A stretch of 64,000 nt of DNA, taken from positions 99,820,001 through 99,884,000 of the forward strand of contig JBITNC010000001.1 in the NCBI GenBank assembly GCA_050084985.1, read 5' to 3'. This DNA comes from Nageia nagi. Lineage: Eukaryota; Plantae; Pinophyta. The notes beneath the pieces were generated by a model that saw nothing but the letters and a program-made list of their open reading frames with translations, searched no databases and was not told where the DNA came from. Positions 1-13,736 of this stretch are shown here, in pieces; positions within the stretch are counted from its first letter, which is position 1; each line of letters opens with the position of its first letter. The translations under genes and the position numbers were made by a program.

Positions 1-825
1 TCTTCATGCTCAATATCTGGTATAGTAAGCATAATGTCAATGCTACAGGTAGTGGTAGCACTAGGCTTGGTGATGCATTTGGTGTCAGGATTTTGAGAGA
101 TTGAAGGGTTCAGTATTGGATGCATTTTGGAGGATTCTAGGTGTGTTTTAACATGAACTAGGCCTAGAAACAGTCTTCTACACAACTAACCCGATTTGGG
201 AAGACCGACCTGGTGTTTGATCGGAGTATCTACCCGACTATCAGCGCTAGTGTTGCAGGCAACGTCAACACTAGGGCACAATGCGTGTTTCAAGGGAGTT
301 GTATTGTTTATTAGCCATTTTGTAGTCGTTTAAAGAGTTGGAAGCCATTAGCAACTGAAGGGGCATCAGTTTTGATCTATATACTACCTTGAGCACTTCA
401 TAGAAGGTTGTTGATTCATTGTAGATGAATTGATAGGATTTGAGAGTGGTTGTAAGGGTTTATGAATCCATGACTGATCATCTTGAAGCCATTAAAATTG
501 CAGACCTGATACAATTGGTTGAGGAGTTTAAAAGGCTTAGAAGTTTGGAGTTGACGTTGTTAAAGGCAATTGTAATTATGCCTTGTCTTTATAATCTATT
601 TCCATTCACTTAATTGATAAATACGAACTGGTTGAAGTGGATGTACTTCAATATTGAGGGTAACCACTACAAACACTTATGTCATCTTGTATGTGTGTTT
701 GCAATATCTTTTACTTTGTTTCATTTCCTTTCTACAGCAATATGCAATATATATAATGGATGATATAAGAAATTAATAAGCATAAGAAATCTATATTTGA
801 GGATCCTAGTAAGCCATAGGCTTCA
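1..825 (+). mobile_element. 3' part of an LTR (starts before the window), related to the solo LTRs at 29338 and 51767
   Basis: TATA-like CTATATAC near 378, shared AGTGGATGTACT motif near 637, ends ...GGCTTCA at 825. Confidence 0.5.
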
Positions 826-1678
826 AGTGATTACATATCAAATACGCCTAGCACTCTAGCACCACAAAGCCAAAATACACATTCCTTGTTCCCAGTCCTT
901 GGCAACCCTTGGGGTTCAATCAAATTGTTCAAGAATGTTTGCACATCAATTTTAACAACATCCCTATCATCTTCAAGATTATCATTTTCAAAATTATCTC
1001 CAGAATCATCTATGTAGGTTGCAACTATAGTTCGCCCTCCATTAGCACAAGTTGCCTGCCAACAAGCTTCCAATCCTCCATAATCTACATAAGCTCTATA
1101 TTTCTCCCCTTGTCAATTTGCAAAATCCTAATAGTTAAATCTCTATACTACATTTAGCTATTAATCTATTTTTATTCCATGGACATAGTAGTATCTTAAT
1201 ATACTATTCTCTTTTTTGTGTTCATAAATCAGTGCACTCAATTCTACATGAGTTTTTTTCTGCAAAAACGTTTTTCACCAAAACCCTAGGTTTCGTCGAT
1301 ATTTTTCTTAAATACAATGAACCTTAGACACCCTAAAACCTTTTCCCAAATTGTAGGTTTTTAGTGAAACCAATATCTTGGAAAAACCCTTATGAAAAAT
1401 CATCTAAAATCCAAAAAAAAACTACCTAATCCAAAGCCTTGTCAAAACCTTAGATTTGACCTTAGCGTATCATGGGTTTATGATTTCATATGAATCTAAT
1501 TGAACAATTTTTCAAAGCTAGTGTTATGGAAGAGAAATACTAATTTTTCTTACAACATAATCAAATTACTTAGAACAATCAAACACACAGAACAACTAGA
1601 ATAGTCAAAATGTTCAAAGTCCAACTCCACCCACTTCTAGGGTAAGTATAATCAAAAACAACAAATTTAAGAAAACTA

Positions 1679-2650
1679 TTGGATCTAGATAGGATTGAGA
1701 TAAAATCTATGACAATTGAGAATGATCCACATTGTTCTTACAAAAATCTCAACCAAACTCCTCTTTCCCTAGAAATACAAAATGCTTCTCTTCCTCAAGG
1801 TTACAAACCTCCAACATTTGAAATGTTTAATGTAAAAGGATTTCCAAAGCAACATCTATTATTATTTCAAGAATGCAATGTGAAATTTGGAAATGATGAC
1901 AAACAAATGGCTAGATTCTTCCCTAGGAGTTTAAAAGGTGTAACATTTGATTGGTTTTACAAGCTTATTCATAGATCTCTCCATAGTTTTGAAAAACTAG
2001 ATGATGCATTTATCAATTAGTACAAAAAGAAAATCAAGAAAAAACCTACATTAGCATATCTATATGCAATTCAATAAGGTTGTACTAAGAAAGTTGAGAA
2101 ACTCAAAATTATATTCCTAGATTCAATAAATTATGGCAAAGCATCCATACTCCTATAGAAGAATTAGATGTCAATGAGATCCTTGTTAATTCGTTAATAA
2201 AAAATCTTTGTTAATTCATTAATAAAAAATCTAAGGCCTTATGTATGCGATAATATCAATTCGCCTTTTTGTAGTTTGACTCAAATGGTGCTCACCAAAG
2301 AAAAGTTCTTACTAAGGTAAGAATAATCAAATATTGAAACCCTAGTGGTGGTTACAATGTGAAAAAGCTCTATCCTGTAAAGAATAGTGATACCAATATA
2401 GTCAATGCAATTGAAAGTAATGATCACATTCGACAAACAAGATCTCAAACTCAAAGGTGGATAATCTTTTTCCCTCTACCACCACAAAAAATACTTAATG
2501 ACCTATTACAATAACAGCTAATCAGATTAACTTCAGAATACAACAAAATTAGTTTTGTATCGGGAAAAATCATATTGTGGTACCACCAAACTAAAAATCA
2601 TACTACAAACCAATGTCTCAAACTTAGAAATGAAATGCAGCATTGATCAA
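1679..2650 (+). pseudogene. Retrotransposon gag remnant
   Basis: LPQGYKPPTFEMF...PKQHL...ARFFPRSLKGVTFDWFYKL, typical of the retrotransposon Gag domain, followed by stops and frameshifts. Confidence 0.8.
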
Positions 2651-2820
2651 TAAAGGAAAAATGTTTGCCGAACTACAATAGCCAATAATCAAGTTAATAA
2701 TCAGAGTAAAAGTGTCAATAATATTGAAGAATTCATGGAATACAATTTACATGATTTGTGTGGTGCAAAATTTTTTTATCAAAAGTTATACACATGTTTG
2801 CCCCGGATTGCATCTAGTAT

Positions 2821-2972
2821 ACCAACATTCTTGAACCCAAAGCTCAAAGCGCCAATGTTCTAGGGCATTAGAGCCAGAAAGTCAGCAATCTACCAATATA
2901 CCAACATTCTAGAATCCAAAACTCAAAGCAACAATGTTCTAGGACATTAGAGCTAGAATGTCAACAATCTAT
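2821..2972 (+). repeat. ~79-bp tandem duplication inside the old gypsy element
   Basis: ACCAACATTCT..AA.CCAAA.CTCAAAGC..CAATGTTCTAGG.CATTAGAGC occurs twice (2821, ~2900). Confidence 0.75.
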
Positions 2973-3378
2973 AAGTCCTATCTTGGAATGTCTAGATCAA
3001 AGCCAGGTGTAATGTACCTTTCTAAAACATGCACAACTTCTCAACACAATTTTGCATTCATTCACAAATTAGGGCACAATAATGAATGTTCATTCACCAT
3101 CCAATAATGCTCTCAAGATTGAAATATTATAACTGTAACCAGATCTGATATATAGCAGTGAAGAAGCTCATACAACATGCCAAACCAACCAAACTAGGAC
3201 ACAATTGCAGATCTGTAACATAACAGTAATGTGCATCCAAAACACTCTAATTTGCATACATTCCCATGCACAACGAATGATAACAGTACAACAATAGTAG
3301 AAGAACATTCATTCACATTCGATGAGTAATATGAGAGCCAAATATCATGAATAATAACCAAGAATAAGTATAGAAACA

Positions 3379-4308
3379 CAGGGATGCATCCCTCCCCCTG
3401 AAGAACGTGTTTCCCCATCCCCCGAAACATGGGTACGTCGAAGGGAGGTTTCCCCGTCGTACCCTTTTTGGGGGAAACGGTCAGGCTGTCTTAGAAACAT
3501 TTCCAAGCCTTAGGGAGCCGTCCGATCAACCATCCCGTTTTGCTTTATAATATCAAAATTATAATTTTAAGCAAGAGTACAAAGCATCTCCAACTGCACG
3601 ATGGGACGTAGATCAAGAAGATCCAAGCTAGAATGATGAGGATGAGGATTAGGAGGAGTTTCTTGGACTTTTGGTGGACGCTCTTCAGTTGGATGATGTT
3701 GAAAAGGATAGCTTCTCAAATAGATCAACAAAGGATGGGCCATTGGACTTAAGAGTCATTACACTTAGAGTAATAGTTTTACTTTAGTTTTCATTTTGAC
3801 TTCACATATGACATTATGATCATTTTGACTTCACATATGAGTGATATGATATTAATTATTACTATTATGTACTTGATTCAACTTAATGACATTATATAAT
3901 TATGGGTCATTGATTATGCTATTAGCCTATTTCTCATTCATATTTGAATATTAATATTTTAGTAACTTAGTTTCACTTTCAAATTTCAGTATTCAAATTT
4001 CAAGTTTCAGTATTTTGAGTTCTCAGTGACAATTTTGTATTTTTATTTTTATTTTTACTATTTGATATTTAATTTCATATTTGATTCAAATTGAATGTTT
4101 CATGAATGAATTCAATTATTGATTGAATCAATGAATTGATAATATGAATGTAGAATCAGACAATATCTTTATTTCTAAAAACTTTGAAACTTTTGGGAAT
4201 TTAATAGTTATATACTTACCGTTTCCAAGCCATCCCCTAAAATCAGGTCCTTGTACTCTACTATCCTCGGGTACATGTATCACCGTACCTAACCCATGTG
4301 TAACCTTG
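3379..4308. mobile_element. Non-autonomous hAT-like element, relative of 23101-24446
   Basis: Right end CATGTGTAACCTTG is the reverse complement of the CAAGGTTACACAT terminus at 23101. GC-rich subterminal regions around an AT-rich core. Left TIR degenerate and no TSD confirmed. Confidence 0.5.
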
Positions 4309-4309
4309 G

Positions 4310-4931
4310 GCTATAACAAGCCTATAACAAGTTCTAGGGCAAATCCCAAGACTCCAAAAATGCATAATAAAGACTCCTAATGGCTGGCACAACTCACCAA
4401 GTAGCAAGAATGGCTGGCACAAGTCTCTAGATAGCTCCCAAGATCAAGCGCTTGGGCTAGAAGGTCCTCCAACGTTAGCACAAGCTCTCCAAGTGTATGT
4501 AATTGCGAATGTGCCACTTCTAGGCTAGGGAGCAACCCTAGACCATAGAAGGAAGAGAAGGAAGCATCCCCAACTCCGAGATGATCCGAATCAAATGCCA
4601 AATTATGATGATCAACAAGTGGTGAATCTTTCCTCCTTTTATGGGTGCTTTTACCTTGAAATTACCAATAATTAAACTCTTGGCCGACTTAGAATAAAAT
4701 ATTTTTCCCTTAGCCGTCTCTCTTTTTCGGCCCGTGATATTAGAATCTTAGTTTCCTGGGTGAACTTCAATTTGCAATATATCCTTCGTTGCTTGATGAA
4801 ACCATACCGTGTAACCTATCAAAACAAATGGTAGAAGATTCTCCATCCATTCCAAAAGACAAATCAATGATCCAAGACTTATGACAAAAGTTATGCCTTC
4901 AACAAGGTTTCTCAAAATTTGGGACATTACA
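4310..4931 (-). mobile_element. LTR fragment, minus orientation
   Basis: Minus strand begins TGTAATGTCCC at 4931, like the other LTR starts here. TATA-like CCCATAAAAGGAGG at ~4632-4645. Other end unresolved. Confidence 0.45.
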
Positions 4932-7769
4932 ACAGGACACCTAGATTCAATCGCAGATTATAATTTCAACCAATTTCATACCATAGTACATACTACATTC
5001 CCAAGAGTAAGAGCAACTTAGCAAAGTTAGATCAGGAGGATCAACAAGCATTTGTAGATGAAGACAGCAATGATGATAGCCAGGATATATTCCAAATCCC
5101 ATGATTTTGATCCATACTTCAATGATACTGCACTTAACAAACTATATAACCAATTTTCTCAATTGTTCAATGGTGAAAGCAAAACAAGTACAACATATCC
5201 TAGTTCTCTTGATTCATCCAAAATGGAAATTTTTGATCTTTATAATGAAACTTACAATACTATAACAATTGTCTTTGGCAAAAAGTTTGTTCAATTGTGT
5301 GTTCTAATATTCTCAAGACACGCTCGCTAGGCATGCAATATCACAACTATCACATATGACCAAAAAATGTGTTCATCTCTATGGACAATAGTGCAATTCC
5401 TATGCTATACATACCACCTACTATGAATGGTAAGTATCATCCACTATTGCAACACACAAGGTATGTTTTTAAAAAATTTCTTTCATCTTTCACATTATCA
5501 ATCTACATAGTTTTCACTTGCATTTTCATTGTTAGAATAGTTGCATATTTGCATTTATCAAACACAACTTATATGTATTCCTAACATCTTACTTCATACA
5601 TATCTTGTTCAGCATTGAATAGTTCTTTGGTTATCTCAATAATCACTTGATTTCTCTCTTATGCATGTGTATCTTTATCCCTTGAACTTTCCATCTTTGA
5701 TTTCCCGTTTTGCTTGTTTTCATGAGAGTTCTCCATCTATTTGATTTTCATTGTTTTGCTTCTACTTTTGGCCGGCCAACTTTTCTCTTCGCCTTTGTAA
5801 TTTGCATTGATCTAATTATTCGTTTTGGTGAAACCAAAGTTTATTTCACAATCAAAGCAATTATCTTCAAAATTGAACAAGAACTCATTCAACTCACACT
5901 AACCCTTTTAACAAAGAACTTTTGGATGTGTGGATGAATTTTGCAGAAAATGAAAATAACATGTAAAAACTATTTGTTGATGGTTCCAAGTGCACCCATG
6001 GGACAGGAACAAGAATAGTACTCATTTCTCAAAATAATGGGGCAATCCCCACATCATACAAGTTGTCAACCATAGACATTAAGGAGATTCCAAGACCAAT
6101 GAACATCATGCACCTCAAAAGGTACTATGCTTAAACATTTATTTCCAATGCACTTTTTTGTAGTTTTTGCTCTTTCATGATAGATTAGACTGGTTTTTCA
6201 CATTTCTTCTCCATCTCAAAAAGTTGTTTTCCCATGCCCACACTTTTGGACATGTGCAATAGAAACACCCGCACTCTACGTTACACTATCCATAATGCCT
6301 GCACTTTAGGGACAACAATCCTAAAACACCAACATTCTAGACCTAAAGGCTTTTTCTATCAAAGATCAATTGCATTTCTGATCTTCTGAAATATCAATTT
6401 ATGAATTATAATTGCCTGAAATATCTTCTGAAATTATCATTTCCACAATTATCATTTCTTCAATTATCAATTCTAGAACTATTATTTCTACAATTATCAT
6501 TATGAAATAACTTCTGTAACTATCATCCCCAATGACTTCTATAATTATCAATTCTTGAACTAACATGTCTTCAATGTTCTGGAATGTTTTCATATCCATT
6601 ATAGGATCATCCCCAATAGAATAATCTTCAAAATTATCATTTTCAGAATCATCTCTAAATTTGCTACAACTAAGGTTTCACTCCAAAAACACAAGTTGTC
6701 CGTCAACAAACTTCCAATCCTCCATCATCCAAATAAGTTCTCTATCTCCTCTTGGCAACTGGCAAAATCCTAATTGCTAGATCTTTATATTCTATTTTCA
6801 TTCTACAGACATAATAAATGTATTTATTTTAATACATTGTTGTCTTTTTGTGTTTGTCCATCTTTATAAGATTACAAATTTATGCATGGGTTTGCAGATA
6901 TCAAAAATGCAATTCACGACAATACCAATGGTTAATGTGTTTGGATTTTTGAACATTATTTTGGGTTGATGCCTAAATATTCCATTTTTTCTTGCTGCCT
7001 TGGTTGACCAATTGAATCATTGTGGTGTTTCAGCACCCAACAAGGTTCAAAACCCAGCAGCAACTTACACAAATGATGTTGGCACTTTGTGATGACATCA
7101 TAGATGATGCTAAGGTATAATGGTGACAACTTATAAACCCTGTAATCCCTCATTGAATGAACAAAAAAAAAAAACTAGAGGTTGATGAACAAACAGCCAC
7201 CATTCTGAAGATACACATACCCTCGCAATTATATCCACAGCAGGCACACATTTGACATCCTAGAATAAGGGCAACATACACCCAAATATGGCAAAGATAC
7301 ATATCGTGTCTGCTGTATGGTCCTCCCACAGCACAGTTATATGGCTATGCACCCTACATGGAAAAAGCATTGTCAATTATGAAGAAGCAGAAGCATTGCT
7401 TAAAGGAAATTAAACCATGATCTAAAGAACTTTTGGGTGGTCTTATAGGTAAATGACCCTGCTACAACAGATGAACACAAAGATGCAGGCACCAACAGAC
7501 CAAATTACAAGTTGCACCTCTAAATCCAAAGCAAAATTATACATGCAATCCTCTAACAAGAACATTCGTGATTCCTTTTAAATGTCTACAGAAATGGATA
7601 TCTCGTATCATATAAAAGATGCTAGAAATGCCCTATATCTCAAAGGTCAGCTAGTAGAGAAAACTACCTCCCACGCTACTGACTAGAAACATTGAACTTA
7701 ACTATTAGAAGAACCAGGGAGTCCAGGAAGAGTCAGGGCCGATCAACTCAAACTGGGCGCCTCCAAGGG

Positions 7770-8436
7770 CTGGCACATGATTCAAAAAGATAAAATCTTG
7801 TCTTTTGAAATCATGCGACTAGGCCTAGAGGCCGTCCAAACCGGAAGAGAGGCTCGAAGACGGAATTTGGGTACTTGCAAACCCAACACATGCCTCCAGG
7901 AGACAAAATCTTGTCTTTTATGGGCATGCGCCAAGCACAAGAAGTAGGCTGGAGCGAAATGGAGCATGAAAAATCTAAGGCTAGTGCATGGTTTTGAAAG
8001 ACAACATCTTGTCTTTTTGAACCACGCAACTTGGCAAGGAGGACAAATTCAGCAAGTTCAGGAGTCGGGAAGTGAACTATGCGCCAAGCCTGGAAGGGCT
8101 TCCAATTCGAGCAAAAGTGAAAAATTTGACAAGTCACAGACTTAGAAACCCCAAGATCAGTTCAAGTACATCGAGGGGGGCTGGCACATGATCTCAAAAG
8201 ACAAGTTCTTGACTTTTTGAGGCATGCGCCAAGCCCAGGAAACCTCCAAGATCCGAAAAAGACAAAAATTTGGCAAAGGCATGAACACTTGAGCACCAAA
8301 TCACAAAAATTAGGCCATCTAGAGGTTGGAGCATGATCCAATCTTGCCTTTTTGAACCATGTGACCAAGCTGGCTGGGTAGGCCAGGCTAGCGCATGCCT
8401 CAAAAAGTCACAAACTTGACTTTTGAAATCATGCGC
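7770..8436. repeat. Array of ~6 imperfect ~40-45-bp palindromes (CATG-n-CAAAAAGACAA-n-TTGTCTTTTTG-n-CATGCG)
   Basis: Units near 7776, 7888, 7986, 8187, 8332 (partial) and 8394. Confidence 0.8.
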
Positions 8437-9660
8437 TCAAATTTTATCATTCATGCATCCTAGGGCTTGCGCAAGCACTTGGGAGACAAGCTGCTCCAAC
8501 GTGGGTGTGTTCTCTACCTGGAAACCCACGCACAATCCTTGAGAGGGTAATTCAGCTCCGGACTTCGCTAGGGACCTCGAGCGGTTGAAACAAGATTGCG
8601 TCATCTCCATTCGTGAGAGACAACAACCCCTTCCCCAAAGGGCCAAATTCTCGAGGAATGGTTTTGCAACCATCAGAGACACAAATTGGCAAAATGTTGA
8701 CCCTATGCAGATGAGGGAGAGCATTCGTGGCCTTCCTGTTGGTATGTTTTTCTTTCCTCGCTCAAAACATGCACAAGACTTGGAGGAAACAACATTACTT
8801 GTTCTCGCCTGAAAGGACTAGTTACCCCAAGCACTCACATGGAATATGGTCTTGATGGCTCAGGAGTCAGAGATGCATGTTGTTAACCGTATACAAGGGA
8901 AACTTGGATCACGATTCCTTTCCTTAATAAGGAAAGATTGCAAATATGAATGAAAGCAAAGAAAGATCACAAATGCAAGGAAAGAACACGGGGATAAATG
9001 CAAGGGAATGCGAGGAAAGGAAAGGATCTATGAGGACGTCACCAAGGATACAATGTCTCGGCAGGTCATCCTCAGATTCATTAAGGTCGATACACTCACT
9101 ATCAAGCCAGGCAGCAAATAGCAAATACACTTAAATCACTACCAAACGAGAGCAGGAAGCTGTAAGGTCTTTATGGAAGACTCAATGGAAAGAGTAAGGA
9201 TGGGGTGAGAGCACAAGTGTAGTAACCTAACCGAATGATATAAAGACAAGTTGTAAGCCTCAGAATATATCCACTTATGTGCAAACTATGCAAAGAAGGA
9301 TCAAACTCTTTCACAAAATAATCAATATGCAGTTCATAGAAAGAACCATTCAGATATGCATAATCCCACAAATGATGTTCCTCACAGTATAACTTTATGA
9401 TTTTATTCCTCTAAACAAAAACACATTCATATTGATTTTCAATAACAGAACATACATAGAACCCCTTATGCAGCAATCTTCTATGCAATGGAATGTGAAT
9501 CTTATGACATGCAAAGGCTCAAAATGATTGTACAAATGAACTCAATAGCCTCAATCTCAAGATGCAAGAACTCCTATATATGATGCTTTCATTATGTGCA
9601 AAGTTCCATGCAAAAATAGTACAAGATCATATCAAAAATTCCTCAAGCAAAATCCCATAT

Positions 9661-9705
9661 GTAAAATCCCTTTTCTAAATGGCCCAAATGAGGTATAAAT
9701 AGGCC
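9661..9705 (-). promoter_or_regulatory. Candidate main LTR promoter motif of element A, conserved in element B (~19898-19942)
   Basis: A (minus) CCTATTTATACCTCATTTGGGCCATTTAGAAAAGGGATTTTAC versus B (plus) CTATGTTTTAGCCCATTTGGGCTCATTTGTAAGGGGATTAGAC. Both lie a few hundred bp after the ORF end. Confidence 0.5.
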
Positions 9706-10107
9706 ATTAGAAGTGATGCCCTAAAGGCATCAAATCTGACATGGCATGCACACACAAAACACATACCGATACAAAATTAGATATCATCACGCAAGACTAT
9801 GTAAGTGGCATCTAAAGTTGACAAAATATAGATGCCACAGCTGCAATGCATCTACTCTACATCTATTCTATCCAACAGAATATCAGATATGCAATAAATA
9901 GACTGAAAAGGTCTGACATCAAAACCGGCAAGAGCAAAACCTCATCCTTGCACTGGTCAGAGTCATGAATGAATCTGACAAATATGATCTGGCAGGAGCA
10001 AAACCTCATCCCTACGCCAATCAAATCAAAGTAAAGTCTAACAAGCAACCTGTATGCATTAAACATAAAAAAAGGTATCACAGAGGAAGCCTGCGAGTGA
10101 ATCAGAT

Positions 10108-13100
10108 CTAGGCCATATCTGATTTGGTACAAGTGGAGTTCCACTCCTCGCTGGTGAGACCATAGGATTTGATGGTCTCCCCTAAGAACACCACGTTCTT
10201 CTGCATGCCCCTAGAGATCATACCAATAATACTACCATTCTGCCAAGAGTAATCCTCGATCTTCTTGATAGTGGCCTGCATCTGGTACCTGCAAATGACC
10301 ATCCGCCTCTCATGCACGATAGGAAGTCCTGCCTTCAACAAATTTAGATCCTCGACCTCAAGATGCTCCTGGATCAGATTTTGGGCCTCTACCAATACTG
10401 CTTCCTTCTTTCAAACATTATTATCCTCCCTTGGAATTTGAGCGGATAAAGATATTCGCTCATTTGCTCCTCCACCTCCTTTCGCAAGGGGATCTTTACT
10501 TTGAGGACAACATTGCACTTCTCAAGTGTGTGGTTCAACCAATCATGGTGATAGGTGAACTCATGGCTGTAGACCAATTTCTCGGGGTTATCGACGAAAG
10601 TGTGCTGCAGGTGGGAGGCATTGGGTAGGTAACTATCCAACTAGCCGAGGTGAGTAGTAATCTGAGCTTTGAGATCCCTGATCTCAACGCCCTCGGCTAG
10701 GAGCTTGTAAATGCGTGAAGACAATCTCTCGATGATCTCCACCATCTCATTCTTGAACTGCTCCTTCATGAGTTCCCACCCCTCATGGAAGGAAGTTTGT
10801 TTTTGCAAATGTAAGGGAGTGGTGCTGATTTTCTGGAACTCCTTTATAATTTTCCAACTGGCTGTGAGCTCCTTCTTTAATTTCTTCACTTCCTTTTTAG
10901 CTTCATAGCCTTCCTATTCCATGACTGCAACCTTCTAGGTAACAATGTGTTTCCTGGCCGTTAACCCCAGCTTGATTGGCATCTTGAAAGTTTCGATAAG
11001 ATAGTCCTCGGCCCTTTGAGGATGTTTCTCCTTGGAGTAGCAATGGCTGATAGAGATCTCCTTTCGAGAGGTGGAGATAAAAGTGTCCACCCTTCGAATT
11101 TTCTCCCCATCCGAAAGTTCTTCTTCCTCGTCCTCAGACCGCAAGTCCTGGTCTATATCTTCATCGTGAGCCGTACTCATGTTGAGGGCTCTAAGGCATG
11201 CATCTAGATCAAGATCTGGATGTTCGATCGCTAGTCGAGGGGGGAACCTTTGAACCAGCAACCTACCTTTATCAACTTTCTTGGCCTCCTTTGCTAGGGT
11301 AGTTGAAACTACTGCCATCTCCTTGTCCTGATGCTCTTCCTGCCTCCTCTTCTTCTTCTGTTCTTCTGTCTCTCCTTCGTCCTCTTCATCTCCTCCACTA
11401 CCGCCTAGAGATATGCTATTACTTCAAAGCTGGGGAGATTTATCATGACTCCTCTTAGTAGAGGTCTTACGCAAGGGTGACCTTTTCCTGGGTTCGGAAG
11501 GAGAGGATTTGGAGGCAGCCACCTCTCTAGCGCACTTCTGGCCAAGTATATGGACTTCATCATCATAAGTGCCTACGTCCACTATCTCATCTTCCGGGAT
11601 GGTTTCTACTTCCGTCTCATCAGGTGCTGAAGCACAAATGGCTATGTCTTCTAGCTGAGGTGAATGGGCAGCATTGGCATCACCTCCCTCTTCTTCTTCT
11701 CCCTGGCTCTCTGACTCTTCTGCAGAGTCTTCAACCCTACGGTCAGGGTTTCCATCAACTTCTTCATCAAAATAAGAGGAAGAGGTCTCAAAGCTGCTAG
11801 AACTTTGCTGTAAAGGGGGAACTTTCCCTCTTTGTCCAGGAGAATGGATCGATCTGGAAGGAATCGCTTCCGTGGGGGATTCACTCCCACATGTTGTGTT
11901 TATCACATCGTCCAGCACATCTAAAGGGAGAGCACAATAACCAGCATCTTTAAGGTCAACTTCCAACACACTACGCTTGTTGGGCTGCAACAAGCAAGGG
12001 CTTCTCTTTTGGTGAGGACGTTGTGTAGGCAAGAGATTTGATCTTCAAAGTGGCCTCCTTAGATCGAGGTTTGATAGTTCAAGGCCTCTGAGGAGGCTTT
12101 TCTGCCTGAAGGGGAGCCTTCTTTTTACTCAAATGAGCTGTGATGCGCGCAATTTCCCCTTCGTCCTGCACATTCCTATACCTTTCTTCAACCCCCAAAG
12201 ACTTGTGAGGAAATTGAATGGCCTGATGAAAAGTAGTCTCATAGAAACAGGCAATCATCCCCTCGGGATCATATTTCCTAGCAGTAGCTTCCCTTAAGAA
12301 GTTATACTATTGTAGCTCCTCCCACATATGTGTTGCCTCCACCCAAGTCTGGCACACATATCCAAATATAGAAATAGGCAAGTTGATGGTGGCGTTTTTC
12401 TTCTTCTAGACCTTCTCCTTCAGGAACAAGAGCTGCCTGGGAAACTCCATGAGGACCAACCTGTCGCTGACATACCTGGGCAGGAGCATGGGCTGCTCCT
12501 TCGAGCCATAAACTCTAATGTAGGTGAAGTCAGCGTCATGCAGAAAAAGGTCTACATGCACGCGAATAGCCTAGATAGCAACATCAGAAACCCTCTTCAC
12601 CACGGACTCTCCTTTGATATCCTTGTAGATATCATATTCCCAGGCGTCAGTTTTTTCATAAAAATACTCAAATTTATTTTGGCACCACCATTTCTGGTAT
12701 GCCCTCCACACAAGGATGTTCTTCTCTCCCAAGTATCTCTCATCAGCCAGCTCCTTGGATCTGACGTTGTCGTGCAATAACAAGTACACCAAGTAAGAGT
12801 TCATGTAAAATCTCTTTCATGAGCCAAACAAAGACAACTGGTAGCGCAGGGCATCAATAATAACCCCTGCCCACCGAATGAACCTCCCAAACTGATTGCA
12901 GCCATAAATCTTGTGAACTCCCTCCAGTACTTGGCATCACTCTCTTGACCGGTTACTCTTGATAATAAGGTGATCAATTTTGCCACCACTGGTAGAAATT
13001 CTTCTTTTCGCGCAGTGATCAACCTATGCCTCTAAAGGTTCTGAAATTCCTCAAGCAACCAAGGTCTAATATAGTCTCCAGGCCGAGAAGTGCAGTCATG

Positions 13101-13586
13101 AAACTCCTCCGAGTGGACCAATGTATAGTCATCCCCATAAAATTTCCAGCCAAAAGTTGCTTCAATACCAGCAGGGGTGAAGTCCATGATTACATTGCCC
13201 TCTGTATCTCGTAGCACTCTCTTGCTGAAATCACACTTCTTTGCCACTTCACTACACAAGTCAGGAAAAGGTACTGCAAACGGTATCATGGCGGCATTGA
13301 ACAAGTGGCATGTGTGGATAAGTTCCCCAAATAGGTCCTCCTTGCTGAGAGAGGTTGTAGAGGCCAAGGTCATAATTGGGTCCAAGTCACCCCAATCAGT
13401 GTAACCAACAAATATATATTTCCCCTTAAATTTGGCCTCCGAGAGCTCTGGTCTACTCTTCGATTGAAACTTTATCAAACTCTCCCTCAAAAATCAAGTC
13501 ATCTGGTTTTTAGTCACATGCCTCTCGAACAACTGGCTCTGGGTCTTCCTAGCCTTCAAAGAAGGTACTTTGGTGCTTGAAGCCAT
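10108..13586 (-). pseudogene. Degenerate copy A of the large accessory ORF (~1,160 codons with stops and frameshifts)
   Basis: ATG at 13586 (MASSTKVP...). Consecutive ORF-track fragments from 13032-13490 down to 10108-10395. Motifs FAVPFPDL, RVLRDTEGNVIMDF, NSYLVYLL, TYIRVYG...PMLLPRYVSDRLVLME, YDPEG. Acidic/basic middle and coiled-coil-like C-terminus. Confidence 0.85.
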
Positions 13587-13736
13587 GGAGGACACTATCG
13601 TACTCTTTCCTCAACTCCAGATGTCTGACAAGTCCAGGAGCACAATTATGAATGAGTGCAGAAGCACAGCCAGGAAAGCGTGCAACTGGGCCTAGGGACA
13701 GTCAATTTTCTGAACAACACTCTTCACTCGAAAGTT

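Larger units (their letters stand above)
830..6960 (+). mobile_element. Old, internally deleted Ty3/gypsy (Tat/Ogre-like) element with two diverged LTR-like direct repeats
   Basis: Diverged direct repeats at ~970-1225 and ~6625-6860. Gag remnant at 1679-2650, RNase H-like KLFVDGSK at ~5970, integrase tail EIPRPMNIMHLKRYYA at ~6085-6135. Boundaries approximate. Confidence 0.65.

Noticed and set aside
6380-6660. 66-aa Ile/Glu-rich ORF (6399-6599)
   Set aside because: Translation of a ~15-bp AATTATCATTTC-type tandem repeat in the TE 3' region.
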